Assembly (NCBI RefSeq): GCF_052425735.1
Contig: NC_135765.1
Span: 32,798,001 to 32,862,000 of the forward strand
DNA from: Oculina patagonica
Lineage: Eukaryota
DNA: 64,000 bases
Direction of reading: 5' to 3'
The notes below the pieces were generated by a model, which ran no database searches, was not told the origin of the DNA, and saw only the letters and a program-made list of their open reading frames with translations. Position numbers and translations under genes: made by a program. Below, in pieces: positions 1 to 14,096 of the stretch. Each line of letters opens with the position of its first letter. Within the stretch, counting starts at the first letter, position 1.

Positions 1-1755
1 AAATGTTAAATTGCTTGACTGTTTCGACCTTGAAAACTGTTTTTCCTGACTTTTCCAGATATCTGTGGCATTACTGTTACAAGTCACCCCAGTGATGCAT
101 CAGCACCGTAAAAACTACGAAAACTAAGGTACAGTGTTTTCTTTATTCATTTATCTTTTAACAATCGTGAGCGCGGTCAAATGAGCTGCGAGTAAGCGAA
201 AATTGAGAACCAAAATCTCCCTGTCAAACGAGAGGTAACCCTTGCAGTGGAATTGACCTTAATGAAAAAATAAAGAAGTCTAAATTTAAAGTGAGCGCAC
301 CGGGGGAGAGGCACGGTCAATTTAAGATCGGTGAGTGCTGCAAATATTTATAAACCTAGATCCTATTCAAGGATAGAAAATCGAAAAAAGGATGCCATTC
401 ATAAGGACAAGCACAACGACAAAAAGGGTAAAAAAAATATCGTTTTTATTAAATCGCTCTGCTGGTAGTTCAGAATATATCTTTTTCAATTAGCTGGACG
501 TTTACGTACTGTAATTTTACCTATATCTGAGGATCACACCAGTATCACAATGCCAAAAGGAACGAAAAGGATACACTCCCCTTGTTAATCATTACGGAGA
601 ACCTCAAAAACCATATCTTATCCTGCGCACATACCTATATAGCCCACATATTGGAGCCACCCCCCCCCCCCCCCCCCCCCTCCGCCCTCAAAGGATAGCG
701 AAGGAGAGTCGATTATAGTACATGGAAATAACCAGTCAAACGGGCCTGGCGAGAGTTTAATATTTTTCTTCTAGTTCCGTCAACTTTTGTTCCCGTTTGG
801 TTGATTATCCGAGACAAGCACTAATTTGTTAAGTCCTAAACAGGACTTAGACAGCTTCATTCTCAATTTTAGCTCGGCAATCAATTGTAACTTTATAAGA
901 AACGTTGAAATATACATTGTAAACAAATTTCACAGCTGCTTTATTTGCCTTCTCAAAAATTTAAACCAAAGTGCAACATCTTTTTATTTTTAGTTGTCGA
1001 ATTTTCCAAATACTTTTCATATTTGGTACGCCAGAATACGCTTTCTGAAATTCTAGTGTGAGGGTTGCACTTAAGATGTTGCATGTATTTGTGTCAGACC
1101 GAAATAAGATAAGAACTTAAGAAAATTTATTTTTGTTCAGTGTATAGTTTAGTTTAGCTCCTTTTATCTAAACTGCAATCTGTCCGACCACTACAAGTTG
1201 AAGTTAAAAGCCTGCAGACGACTCACAAATTTACCTTAGTGAAATTAAATGATCCTACCTGATTTTAAAAGTCTTGACAAGTAAAAAACTGTCCATTGAT
1301 TAAAAGATGAGTAAAAGGTGTTAATGCGCTGCCCAATACTCTGCACTCTTACAATTATAAAATAAATTGAGGCAAAAAGGAGTTAAAAATGTTGAAAAAG
1401 GCGATTAAATATTAAAGCAACCTATAGAGAGAAAATCTACCACATATATTGTGTTTATGTCGTATATTGTTTTGTTTTCGCAAACAGAAGTTTTCAGCGT
1501 ACATAAATGTTCTTTCAGCTTCCTGAAACCGTGTTTGAACAAAAGCGTACGTGATAAATTCTAAAGCTCTTGCCGGCTAATTGTGAAATAATATTTCACA
1601 TTTTTAATTTGTTTCGACCACTGCCAAGAACGCAGCATGTCAATAAAGATATAATTGAAGGTGGGTGATCAAAGATTTTTTTATTTTAACTAACCCGCCT
1701 TATAAATTCATTTATCAAAACTGCATCATTCAATGAAGATGGCAGGGATCGATGT

Positions 1756-2505
1756 CAGGGTTGGAAACTAAAATTTTGGAGCACCCGCTATCTGGGCGAG
1801 TGACCTTCAATTTGCGCTCGCCCAGATTAATTTTCACTCGCCCAGTCTCCTTTATAAAAGAAAGGAAAATTTAGCCCCCTCCCCCCTACAAATAATAAAA
1901 TATATAACCAAAATTTTTAATCACGTTCGATACTCATCGTGTCACAGTGGTGGTCGATCGCAATACAGACTGCAATCTATTTCTTCAATGAAAATTCGCC
2001 ATAAATAGACCTTAATCCACAATTAAACCATGAGCACACTTCAAAAGTTGAAACCCATTTTTTAATTTGATACGTCTTCCTAAATTCCCGTAGTTTGCAA
2101 GCAAAGTGTCCAAATTGTACAGAAAAAGAGGCGGGAAAAACTGGAAATAGCGATCTTGCTGCGTTTCGCGGCTCGATGGGCGAGGTAGTTTATTTATGAC
2201 CAGAGGTATTACTTTGTACAAGTACATCCATCATGTAACAATCACCAAACGGAAACCGTTTTTGCCTGTTTACGAACTCTCGAACGCAGCTACGTTAGAG
2301 GTTTCAAAATGTTGGTAAGCTATCAGCCTGTGGACTGTGTAGATTACTTTGAAATGAGAAGTAAAAGTTGCGCTTACTTTGAAAAAATATATTCTGGATA
2401 TGAAAATCATACCCGCCAAACCGGGCGAGTGATCCGTAATTTGTACTCGCCCGACAGTTTTCACACTCGCCTGGGCGAGTGGGCGAGCGCTAATTTCCAA
2501 CCCTG
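1756..2505. mobile_element. Non-autonomous DNA transposon with 5-bp TSD (hAT5-like MITE)
   Basis: TIRs CAGGGTTGGAAA(C/T)TA, TSD GATGT, subterminal GGGCGAGT repeats. The paralogous empty site at ~3690 has a single GATGT. Confidence 0.88.
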
Positions 2506-2673
2506 GATGTGTTATTACATTCTACAATACATCTGGTCATGTTTTTCATAGCCTGGGAACAGGCTTTCCAGTGGGGCACAGAGAACCCCACTTTCCCCCC
2601 TAAGCTCGAGACGAGCTCGGCTTTTTGTTTGATTGTTTTTTCGGCTCACCCCGCTCGGGGAATAATTAACATA

Positions 2674-2836
2674 CAGTCGAACCTCTAAATACGGACACCT
2701 CTCTAATACGGACATCTCCCTACTACGAACAATTTACGATGTCCCGACGAAATTCTTACATATTTTCTTTGAAAAAAAAAACCTCTATAATACGGGCCCT
2801 CTCTAATGCGGACAACGGACGCTAAATCTCGGCCCG
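2674..2836 (+). mobile_element. Truncated Tc1/mariner-pogo-like MITE end
   Basis: TA|CAGTCGAACCTC terminus followed by repeated TAATACGGACA motifs. No second end found. Confidence 0.6.
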
Positions 2837-3937
2837 CGTTGAAATATACATTGTTAACAAATTTCACAGCTGCTTCATTTGCCTTCTCAAAAATTTAAAC
2901 CAAAGTGCAACATCTTTTCATTTTTAGTTGTCGCATTTTCCAAATACTTTTCATGTTTGGTACGCCAGAATACGCTTTCTGAAATTCTAACGTGAGGGTT
3001 ACACTTACAGTGATGTATTTGTGTCAGACCGAAATAAGATAAGAACTTTTAAAATCAAGTTTTGTTCAGTGTATAGTTTAGTTTAGCTCCTTTTATCTAA
3101 ACTGCAATCTTTAAGACCGCTACAAGTGGAAATTAAAAGCCTGCAGACGACTCACAAATTTATCTAAGTGAAATGTAATGATCTTACCTGATTTTAAAAG
3201 TCTTGACGAGCAAAAAAACTGTCCAGTGATTAAAAGATGAGTAAAAGTATTAATGCGCTGCCCAATACTCTGCACTCTTCCACAACTTTTACAATTATAA
3301 AATAAATTGGGCCAAAAGGAGTTAAAAATGTTGAAAAAGGCGATTAAATATTAAAGCAACCTATAGAGAGAAAATTTACCACATATATTGTGTTTATGTC
3401 GTATATTGTTTTGTTTTCGTAAACAGAAGTTTTCAGCGTATATAAATGCTCTTTCAGCTATATGAAACCGTGTTTGAACAAAAGCGTACGTGATAAATTT
3501 CAAAGCTCTTGCCGGCTAATTGTGAAACAACAACATTTCACATTTTTAATTTGTTTCGACCACTGCCAAGAACGAAGCATGTCAATAAAGATATAATTGA
3601 AGGTGGGTGATCAAAGATTTTTTTTATTTTAACTAACCCGCCTTATAAATTCATTTATCAAAACTGCATCATTCAGTGAAGATGGCAGGGATCGATGTGT
3701 TATTACATTCTAAAATACATCTGGTCATGTTTTACATAGCCTGGGAACAGGCTTCCCAATGGGGCACAGGGAACCCCACTTTCCCCCCTAAGCTCGAGAC
3801 GAGCTCGGCTTTCTGTTCGATTTTTTTTTTTGGCACGCCCCCGCTCGAGGGATAATTAAGGTATAGTTTTTGAAGTTCTCAGTCCTGAAAACGGGTATCC
3901 TTGTCGCTCCCTTTTGTCATTATGGTCCCGGTGTGGT

Positions 3938-4203
3938 TAGCCTGCGAACAGGGGTGTACATACATTCACATATTATGTGAATGTTTATATCTATAGAGAA
4001 ATTGTATTTTATGTGAATGTAATAATCTGTGATTACTACATTTCACTGATATACAGAACGGAACACTCGCCGATGATTGACAAGCTAAGCAATCTGCGGG
4101 GTGCTCGTGGGCGGCATTTGCGATTCTCAGAGATGCGTGCAGGCTTTCCGCTCCATTTTGCCCCGCCGGCCGAGCGCTCTCCAGAAAGCCTGTTCGCAGG
4201 CTA
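3938..4203. mobile_element. MITE with 9-bp TSD
   Basis: TIRs TAGCCTGCGAACAGG, TSD CGGTGTGGT. Absent from the paralogous site near 10140. Confidence 0.85.
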
Positions 4204-6664
4204 CGGTGTGGTATTTAGATAGGGTCAGGTTCCTTTGAACAGTACATCTTTTTGTTAATGAAATGAGCCTGAATCGACCTAGGCACACGTCCACAACTAA
4301 ATTACAAACATATTGATAACGAGGTGGCTTCCTCTGTGAGCCTGCTGGCTTCTTGGAGGTCTCCTTGCCCTGCCACAATATTAATGCTTTGTAATTTTTA
4401 ATTCTAAAGTGGCTAATAAAATGATGATGTTGATGATGATTGTTGTTGTTGAATTAATATATTATAATTATTGTTTTTCAATATTTTCCAGCAGTTACTG
4501 AGCAGAATAACAAAACTGCTTGGTCGAACTTCCTGTTTGCGGAGTTCTGGATATTGCAACACAACCGATTGCAATGCCATTTTTCCTTTCCTCGCGATGA
4601 AAATAACAATTTTTCCTTCATTTTTCTACCAGTAACAGAACTAATCCCTAAAATTAAAGGCAATGCAATTTGTCGTAACATTCTTCTTTAAAGTTGATTG
4701 GTTTCGGAATAAAGCTACACCAATTTATCTGGTAACAATTTGGTTTGATATGTAATAATTATTGTTCCAGAACTTGACGTTTAATACGATGCATTTTTGA
4801 CAGGCATAACTTTCCAATATTTGAAATTCCCTTTTTTGAATAAAAATTTATAACCCCCTTTTCGGTAATTTCCTTATTTATTCCTTTTAACATCCTTCAT
4901 TGGTTTCTAACATTTTTATGTCCGTTCTGAGTCAAGAAATTGAATATGGCGGATTCCAGGCGATGGCCGCCACGGCTTTGCACGTCATATGGCTTCCTAC
5001 TCCATAATGATGTAATCATTTCTTGCAATGAAACTCTACAAAATAAAGAATCACTTCTGGAACCACTTTATACTTTCAAGTTTCATTATCGTAGCTTCAA
5101 TTCTTTTGAATGTACGGAAGAATCGGAATCCTTCCGTTCTCCCGATTATAAGGCTAAAATAGCTCCGTCTTAGAAAAACGCTTTTAACAACTACAACAAC
5201 AACCACTTAATTTTACCTGAAAAATGGAAATATTTACGGCATAAAATAAATTAACTTAAATATTCAAAAAAACTACTCAGAAACATTTCTGGACCCACCA
5301 TGTATTTTCAAGCTTCTTCAAGGCAAGGAAAGAAATTGTGTATAGAGGATGCTCCCTCCGAAAAGAGAGATTGGAAAAAACATTCTAGTGCTCGAACCAC
5401 AGCGAAAAAAATCATGACGAAATTTTTTATAAAAGAAAAATTTATTGAAAAGAGAGTTATAAACTTGATATCACTGTTGTAATTATTGAAGTCGCACTGT
5501 AACTACCTTGTCACCAAAGTAAGAAGTTATGTGGGATAAAAGAAAGTTATTTGAAAAGTTGGAAAGATGCAGTAAAATAAGTAAACTACTTTTGAAACCT
5601 AGTCTTAAGATGGGCCGTCTTTGCTCACCTGTTAACTAGCTTGCTTCTGTGTTTAAGACTAGGTCACGTGACTTAAAAAACGGAAAAACGTTTTGAACTC
5701 AAATGAGGAAAATCTTTAAACACGTGTATTTTTATGATTATAAAAGAAGATTGATCATTATAATGGGATTATTACCCTGGGTACCACAGGATGTTTCTCG
5801 CGTGCGGCGGATTACTGACCGACGCCGGAAAGCGCACAAGAAAAAAACCCTGCAACCAGGGCATGGGATCATAAAAACACAAACAATATACCACAGGCAA
5901 TAAGCAAAGTGCCTTCAAATTTGTGAGAGAGCTACAAGCTATGGTAAATTTAAAATGCACGTAAGTTATCATTTGTGGTTTCATCCACAAGGTAACTGTA
6001 GTCGCAAACGCTCAATCACACGTACTCCATCTTGCAGTACACACATTTAATATTGTAGGTAGATACGGTAACTGAAAATAACATAATTACAAACACAGAA
6101 ATGAGCATAAAATAACTTACAACGAACGACATGAGGAAAACGACAAAGCGAAATAAACAAGAAACTTACAAAGACGAATGTGACGACAGGAAAAACCAAA
6201 GACGAACCGTGAACTAGAACTTGAAACAGTAGACTCGAAATAAACCGTAAACTAGATACTCGACTCAATACTCGCAAACAAACACTGACTGAATAAATTA
6301 CACGCAACAGAATATATACCGATATGCAAATAAAAGTAACATGTACAGAAATAGACTAAAACAAAGGAAACTAATTAACGCAAAAACTAACACGAAGCTA
6401 TGAAACTAAAAACTCAACGAAAAGAAATTATTACACTAAAACCTAAACGAAAAGAAGATTCTGACGCCTACAGTAACTTTTAAAGTCATTTCAGTGAAAA
6501 CCTTGACGAGAACTGACATACGGTGTGCGAAACAAGTTTAAAGTGTATCCTTACTCAACTGTACGTAAATGTGATTAAGCTTCGGTGCAAACGAAGTATG
6601 ATTATACAATGAGATAATTTAGTAATAAAGAAAAAGCTTTGACGTATTTCCAATAGCAATTCTC

Positions 6665-6813
6665 GGATCAATTTAGGTTTCTGGGAAGGGACTGCTCTCC
6701 TACCCCTCCCCAAACCTAACCCATTAACCCTTACTTATCGCTTTGGGCAAAATGTTAGGTTTAGGGGGGAGGAATAGGAGAGCAATTTCCAACAGAAACT
6801 AAATTGTTAATCC
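6665..6813. mobile_element. Palindromic MITE
   Basis: Imperfect inverted repeat GGATCAATTTAGGTTTCTG...CCCCTCCCCAAACCTAAC / GTTAGGTTTAGGGGGAGG...CAGAAACTAAATTG. Confidence 0.6.
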
Positions 6814-6937
6814 CAATTCTCGAATGCTTTAAATGGATAAAAAATTGTTTGCCTGAAGGAGTGTAGTTAGTAACTATGTATGCACAAAAGTGAAGAAGAA
6901 AAGCCGATCAGTCGTCATCATCGATGAAAACTGATGT

Positions 6938-8353
6938 CTATTCATCCGTTTTCATAATGATGACCTTCATTAACTTTATTCCAAGGCGCTCATGTTTGGT
7001 TCCTTTGTAAACCTCCAGTGCAAGGCCTTGGCTGACCATCAGTTGCTTACTGTACTCGACGGAATTAGTATAGCCTTTGCCATGCGCAGTGAAGCACGAG
7101 CCCCATGGCTGATCCAGCTTGAAAGTGAAGACGAACTGATCTGGATAAGGGCTGTCCCGTGGAATAAGTGAAGTCCTTATGTTAAAATATTTCCGGGAAG
7201 TCATGGTTTCTCCAGACATCGCCTGCATCCCAGTGCAAGGAGCAGCTCTATAGTAGTTTTCTTGGTCAACCGCTTCAAATCCGATAAAATTTGTTCCATC
7301 TGACAAGCCACAATAGGGATCGCTGTCTTCTTGTTGTCCGATGCTGGCGTCAACAGCTACTGTTATCTCAACGGTCAGCGGAGTGTTGTCTGCCAAGACA
7401 CCAGCAGCCACCAAAGGAACTCTTAAAAGACGTTCGTCGTGTACTGAGCCTGCAGTGAACGTCATCTGGTCAGTTGTCGTGGACCGAGCACTATTAATGT
7501 GTGATGCATTGGCCTCCAGCCATGATGGCGTCATGACGTATTTTTTAAATGGCACCTGTCAATAACAAATAAAGATGCTGTAATGCTTCTCTTTCTGGAC
7601 AAAACGTTAGTCATTTGCAGGTTACCTTCCAGTATTTTGCCATGTGCTGTGCATCTGAGAGTAAATTGTAGTGCTCGAGAACAATTAAAGCACCAAGAAC
7701 TAAACTGGGTAAGAGGGCGGTATGCTGGGGGCGCATTTTCGATCCGGTGTCCAGTGTAGTACCCAATTTGGCAATTTTGCCTCCTCAACCCAAGAGAGTG
7801 TGTTGAGGTAACAGAATAATGAATAAATCCGGGTTTACACGGACGATTTTTATGTGACAAATATATTTGATCGTTTAGATGACACAACAATAATTTGTCA
7901 GCTGTTCAAAGTTTAGCGCGCCAGTAATGACCTTGGACAGCAGTGATACGCACAGAGATATGCGCTCACAGTGCTCAGTGGGAGTTTGGGAGATTGGGGA
8001 CGAGGAGCAAAGTAAAATTAGTACAGGTGTGAAAGTAGTTCTAGGATACAAACCTTGACAGGGTAATCACTGTAGACGTGGTCCTTTTTCAGCACATAAT
8101 CCCAGGGGTGCGTGTGTCGATCAGCATCGTTCAGCTCACACAGCAAGTCTCCAATGAGGAAATTGATGCTTTTACAGCGCTGATCCTTAGAGCATTGGAT
8201 GTAGCACATACCAATATTCTTCACATTTTCTGATGAAATCACGTGACCTTTGAGATAACGTCCCCATATAGAGACGGTGGATTTGTCTTTTTGGCATTGT
8301 TTGGTTGAATGGACCACAACGAGCGACGACATCAACAATGGCAGCCAAAACAT
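6938..8353 (-). CDS. Secreted PAN/Apple-domain protein with uncharacterised C-terminal domain, paralogue 1; join(8054..8353, 6938..7555), 305 aa
   Basis: Signal-like MFWLPLLMSSLVVVHS; PAN pattern CYIQC...RCKSINF...CELN; donor AAG|GTTTGT at 8053; acceptor TTGACAG|GTG at 7555, phase 0; three paralogues in the window share the structure. Confidence 0.88.
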
Positions 8354-9679
8354 TTCTGAAATAAGTAAAAAAAGTCGTTGTGAGGATATATTGGCAGTAA
8401 AACTTTTATAGGAAATTTGATAGGAAGGCGTCTCGGGTGTCAACTATGTCATACTGATGTCGAGAGGCAGAAGACAGTCGGAACTGGTGTAATGTAGCCT
8501 ACTGAAGAAGTCCCGTTACAACACAGCTGCCACTCATTAACTCAACAAAAAAACACAAAAGATCTCACTTTCCTTGACTTTTCACGAAGAAGAAAACAGT
8601 TTTCACGGACCATAATATAGCTAAGAACGGGCCATGTTTCCTTTTATTCTAAGAAAGTTGATGTTTGTCACTGACTTCTGTACTTTAATGCCTTAAAGCA
8701 TTGACGTTCAAAAGTCAGTAACAAACATGAACTTACTTCGAGTATGTCATCTCCTCGGTTGACTACAACTACTCAATTTTTAAACATGACTGTTTGCTTT
8801 TATTTTGCAAAACACGAATTTTATATGCTACAATAAGACGACCGTTCCGCAACAATCATTATTGAAAACTGCAGCACCCTTTCCCCGACTTTAACTAGCT
8901 TTTCTTGTTGTCGCATTTTCCAAATACTTTTTATGTTTGGCAGTACGCCAAAATACGTTTTCTGAAATTCTGGTTTGAGGGTTGCCCTATAAGTATTCTA
9001 TTTGTGTCAGACCAAAATTAATAAGATAAGAGCCAAAGTAAATTAATTGTTCAGTATATAGTTTAGTTTAGCTTCTTTTATCTTAATACTTCCGATATTT
9101 CCGATCGCTACTGACAGGTTGAAATTGAAAGTCAGACGACTAAAAAAATTACTTATGTAAAATTAAATGAACTTACCTGATTTTAAAGTCTTGACAAGCA
9201 AAAAAACTGTCCAGTGGTATAAAGATGAGTAAAAGGTGTTAATGCGCTGCCCAATACTCTGCAATTTTCCACAACTTTTACAATTATGAAGTAAATTGGA
9301 CCAAAAGGAGTTAAAAATGTTGAAAGAGGCGATTAAATATTAAAGCAACCTATATAGAGACAATTTACTTCATACATTGTGTTATGGCATATATTGTTTT
9401 GTTTTCGTAAACAGAAACTTCTAGCATACGTAAATGCTCTTTCAGCTTTATAAAAGCGGTTTTGAATAAAGGCAAAAGGTAAACGAAGCTCTTGCAGACT
9501 AATTGTGAAACAACATTTCAAATTTTTAATTTGTTTCGACCACTGCCAAGAACGCAGCATGTCAATAAAGACATAATTAAGGTTGGTGATCAAAGATTTT
9601 TTAAAATTAAATCAACCTGCCTTCTAACTGCATCATTCAGTGAAGCTGGTAGGGGTTAATGTGTCATTACAATATACAG

Positions 9680-9810
9680 CAGCCTCGTCCCCAGGCCATA
9701 CCGCGCTATGCGAGTAAGCGGAGGAGGACTGGAACCGAGCGAACTTCCCCGACAAGCTTGGCGGGTGACGTCACATCCACATTTGCCGGGGACGACTGGG
9801 GACGAGGCTG
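9680..9810. mobile_element. Mini-MITE with 9-bp TSD
   Basis: TIRs CAGCCTCGTCCCCAG, TSD AATATACAG. Absent from the paralogous repeat copies. Confidence 0.85.
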
Positions 9811-10763
9811 AATATACAGTACATCTGCTCATGTTTTTTTCATAGACTGGCAACCTGCGTCGCAGCCGGACGTGTCACAAAACCCAAAGGCTCCCCAGTG
9901 GGGAACATGGCACTCAACTTTTCCCCCTAAGCTCGAGGCGATCACTGCTTTCTGTTCGTTTGTTTTTTTCCGGCTCTCCCCGTTGCTAGCTTGCTTTGCA
10001 GACGAACTAACTCCGCCGAGCTTTTGTGACACATCCGGCTGCGACCCGTTGCGGGATAATAAAGGTATAGTTTTTTAAGTTATCAGTCCTTACAATGTAT
10101 ATCCTTGTGACCTTGTCGCCCCTTTTCGGCATTATGGTCCCAGTAGGGTAATTAGATAGGGCCAGGTTTCTTTGAACTGTAAATTTTGGGTTTTTTGTTA
10201 ATGAAAAAAGTTTGAATTGACCTTGCGCACATCCACAACTAAATTTAAAAAATCTTGATAACCGAGGTGGCCTCCTCCATAATCCTGGTAGTTTCTTAAG
10301 CTTGGAGGTCTCCTCGCCCTACCATAATGTTAACGCTATGTAATTTGTAATTCTAACGTGGCTAATAAAATGAAGATGATGATTATGATGGTGATGAAAA
10401 TTCTTCTCGTATCATTGTATAATTACTGTTTTCCAATATTTTTCAGCAGTTACTGAGCAGAATAACAAAACCGCTTGGTCGAGCTTCCTGTTCGCGGATT
10501 TCCCGATATTACAACATTGCATACAACACAACTGATTTCAATGCCAATTTTCCCTCTCCTTGCGAGGATGCAAGGAAGTTTTTTCTTTAATTTTCTTTCA
10601 GTAATATGCATTTGTCGAAACATTCCAGAAATTGACGTTACCATGACAACAATATTTTGACAGGCGTAACTTTCCAATATTTGAAATTCCCTTTTTTAAA
10701 TGAAAAATAAGTATAGCCGCCCTTTCGATAACTTTTTTTATTTAATCATTTGAGCATCCTTTC

Positions 10764-10921
10764 ATTGGGTTTTAATAACTTTTGAGTTCGTTTTGGTGGA
10801 TTTCTTTCATCACGAAAAAGTGAAGCAATTCAAAATGGTGGCTCCACCATTTTGAATTCCTTTACTTTGTCTTAATGAAAGAAATCCACCAAAACGAACT
10901 CAAAAAATTGTTAAAACCAAT
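10764..10921. repeat. ~155-bp imperfect palindrome
   Basis: GAGTTCGTTTTGGTGGATTT...AATTCAAAATGGTGG-CT-CCACCATTTTGAATT...AAATCCACCAAAACGAACTC. Confidence 0.85.
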
Positions 10922-12051
10922 ATGCATGGCTTCCCACGTCATAACCATTTCTTGTAGTGGGACTCTTAGTAAAGAAACGCTTCTATGCACAATTTTAAGT
11001 TCACTGTCGTAGCTTTAATTCTCTTGGAGTTTCGGAGAGGGTGGGGGTGGGGCGGAATCCTTTCTACTACCTTCTGAATAGGGTTAAACATAAATGAACG
11101 CTTTTCTGTGAGGCAAGGAAACAAATCATGCATAGACGATGCTATCACCGAAAAAATTCTTCAGTTTCCGGACTTGAAAGATTAGAGAAAGCATTCTATT
11201 GCTCGAACCACTACGAAAACAATTATGACGAAAATTTTAATAAAAGATAAAGTGAAACGAGCGTTATAGACTTGATATCACTGTTGTAAATATGGAAGCA
11301 CTGTAAAGACATTGTCGCAAAGGTAAGTGGTTATATGAGATAAAAGAAAGTTCCTTGAAAGTTGGAACGTCGAAGTAAAATAAAACCACTTTGAAACCTA
11401 GTCTCAAGCGTGGACCGACTTTGGTCACCTGTTAACTAGCTTGCTTCCGTGTTTTAAAAATTGGTCACGTGTCTTGAAAAACGGAAAAACGTTTTTAACC
11501 CAAGTGGGGAAAATCTTTAATCTCGTGTCTTTTTATAATCATTGCATCCATAAAATAGCCAAAGTAGCTACAAAGAAGTTAGTTATTATAAATTGAACTG
11601 TGTTCGTGCAGCGAGATACATCACCTACATCTGAAAGCTTAACCAGTAGGGTGTTATATATCGAACATTAATAATTGAGTTGTTGCCCGTTTGTTAATGG
11701 AATTGTATTCACAAAATAACAATTTGAACATCACGAAATGTTTATGTGCAATCTTTCAGGGCTTTCAACCGAATATGCTATGCTTGTCGCCTATAACATT
11801 CAAAAGCCTAACTAAATTAAATTAAATTAAATTAAAGAATTATTGCAATATCTTTGAGTTCATGTTAAACATCATTAGCAGAAATGAGTCAAATAAAAGA
11901 TAATAAGTGCAGTGAAAAGAGCACCGTCATGACTGTGTTATGAATCTAATGGGCATAAATAATTTAGTTTCATACGCCGTGTTTATTTTCTAACTTTGAT
12001 GGGAACACGAATAACAGGAAGTATTATCACAATCTTTCGTGAAGTAAGTTG

Positions 12052-12513
12052 CAGTAAAAGCCCGCGAGTATAAGAACCTAATTTATAAGAACCTGTCAGC
12101 TAAAATTTGCCAGTTAGACACTCTTTTATAAGAACCTCTTTAGCCTATAATTTGAAAATAGGTTTTTATTTTCTAGAATCGATAAAAAATGTTTATTTTT
12201 AGGGAAATAAGATAAGTCAACATTTTAGATCCTCTTAAATAAACCTAGGTGGAGTCTTATCACTGCAGTTGCAATGTAAGTGCCAATGTTGAAATCATAA
12301 AATGTTATTATTGATACAATCATATAAATACAAATAAAATAGCTGGAAAATTTCATATAAGGAAAATGATGAATTCCTTTAAAATTCTATTAGCAACAAT
12401 GTCAATGAGAACCTAAATAGTCTAAATTTGCGCTAATTACCATTTATGTAATTAAGAACCTGTTTAGGCTAACTTGAGAATAAAAGCAAGCTCTTACTCG
12501 CGGATTTTTACTG
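12052..12513. mobile_element. Tc1/mariner-type MITE
   Basis: TIRs CAGTAAAA(G/A)(C/T)CCGCGAGTA, right flank TA, internal TATAAGAACC repeats. Confidence 0.7.
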
Positions 12514-14096
12514 TATCTTGAAAACTTCAATGGGCTTTTCATCAAAAGGCATATGTATACATTCGCCTAATATTTCCGAAGATAGTTTATTTACAATACA
12601 GTCTTTCTGAAGTAAATTAAAACTCCAAACATAATGAATCTTCTAATGCTTTTTTGTCATTTGGGCATAAACAACATAAATAAATAATTTCCTAATGGAT
12701 TTGTATCTTCTAAAGAGATGGAAACCCGAAGACAGGAAGTCAAGATTGCTTTCTTGGATTTTTGTTTTCATTGTTATGAAGGACTCTTAGCCAAATTGGC
12801 AAGTACAAAATTTCTGTATTTGGTAATTCACTGATCTATCGGAGAAAAGGCGATTAATTACTAGCCTAAAATGTATACGTTTGGGACGCCCTTAAAAGCG
12901 AAACGCGATTTTGAGACCTTTTAAATATACACGTTTGACTCGTCCAATCAGTAAACAGTCATGAATCTATTTACGTATAAAGTGCAATTATAAAATGCGT
13001 CAATAATGTTTTGCTTGAGGCAGACAATTTGTTGGTGGCAAACAAGGAACAACATTAATTGCTGATACACTGCCTGACCGTTTAAACCGCGGAAAAAGCA
13101 TCACGCAGAAAATAGCGAGGTATGTAAAACTTCAGTTTGTTCATTTTTATACTTAAAATTGTAGTAATAAACCGACATTTTTTATTTCCTTTTTTGCTAA
13201 CCTTTTGGGAATTTTTTAGTGTGGGCTAAATATCGTCTTTCAAACTTGGTTGAACGTAAATGAAAAGGCAACCCATACGCCAGATGTCACACGAATTTAC
13301 CAAATGATTAATACAACAACTTTAGTATATATGAGTAAAATTAATTGAAATAAGCTCGATCATCAATTCTATGATCTAAAGTATGAAATGTTTCTGTCCT
13401 GCATGGGTTTCTATTATCGTCGTGTAAAATAAACATCAATTTATTTATTTGAGACGACAAAAACAAGCATATAGGTAAATTAAATTATAAACAATATCTA
13501 GGTCATAGTCAGGAGGGATACCCAATGTGTGTTAAATTCATAGTCGAAAACGTTCGGTTTTCTGCTGTTATTTAATATACCTTCCTAAAACATTCGTAAA
13601 TAGTTTTCATGTCGCACCCACTTATATGACTTCCAAACAGTGCAACCGATTCGAGAAGTGGTTGTTTTGGCAGATTTTGGAGCGAGCCTTTAACTTTTTA
13701 CAGTTCAAAAGAAGAAAATGTGGCTAACAGCATTTCGTTGCCATTTCAAAAATTGGCAGCTCAAATTCATTTCGCTTTTTAAGGGTCGCGCTAGGTTAGA
13801 AATCGTATATTTTTGCTCGCAGAAATGCTGAAAGGTTGGCAAACATCAACATCGATTTTGCAGTCACTGGCTTCCTGTACGCTTACGGCCGAATTTTAAT
13901 TGCTTCTGTTTGTTTTATAATAATAATAAAAACAATCTTTAGAGAGGAAGTGCCCGTCACGTAAATACGTGGTTTTCAGGGAGGTCCTCCATGGAAATAA
14001 AAAAAGTATTAAAATCTAAAAAGAAGTACAAATGTCACAGATCTAAAATATAAAAATTCAACGACGAGATGTCAAGCAAACGATGGCATGAAACGA

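Larger units (their letters stand above)
902..3860. repeat. Local tandem duplication: ~902-2668 (interrupted by a MITE) is a close copy of ~2837-3860
   Basis: Both copies start CGTTGAAATATACATTGT and align to ...CCCGCTCG(G/A)GG(A/G)ATAATTAA. The junction holds a pogo-like fragment. Confidence 0.9.
2925..11540. repeat. Older direct repeat: ~2925-5740 is similar to ~8905-11540, flanking PAN gene 1
   Basis: Colinear from TTGTCGCATTTTCCAAATACTTTT to CACCTGTTAACTAGCTTGCTTC...GGAAAATCTTTAA, with copy-specific insertions. Confidence 0.85.

Noticed and set aside
8018-8443. ORF-track boundaries for the PAN, exon-2, GPCR and MFS ORFs as stand-alone proteins
   Set aside because: Non-ATG starts and tails run into introns; conserved splice sites define the joined CDSs given above.
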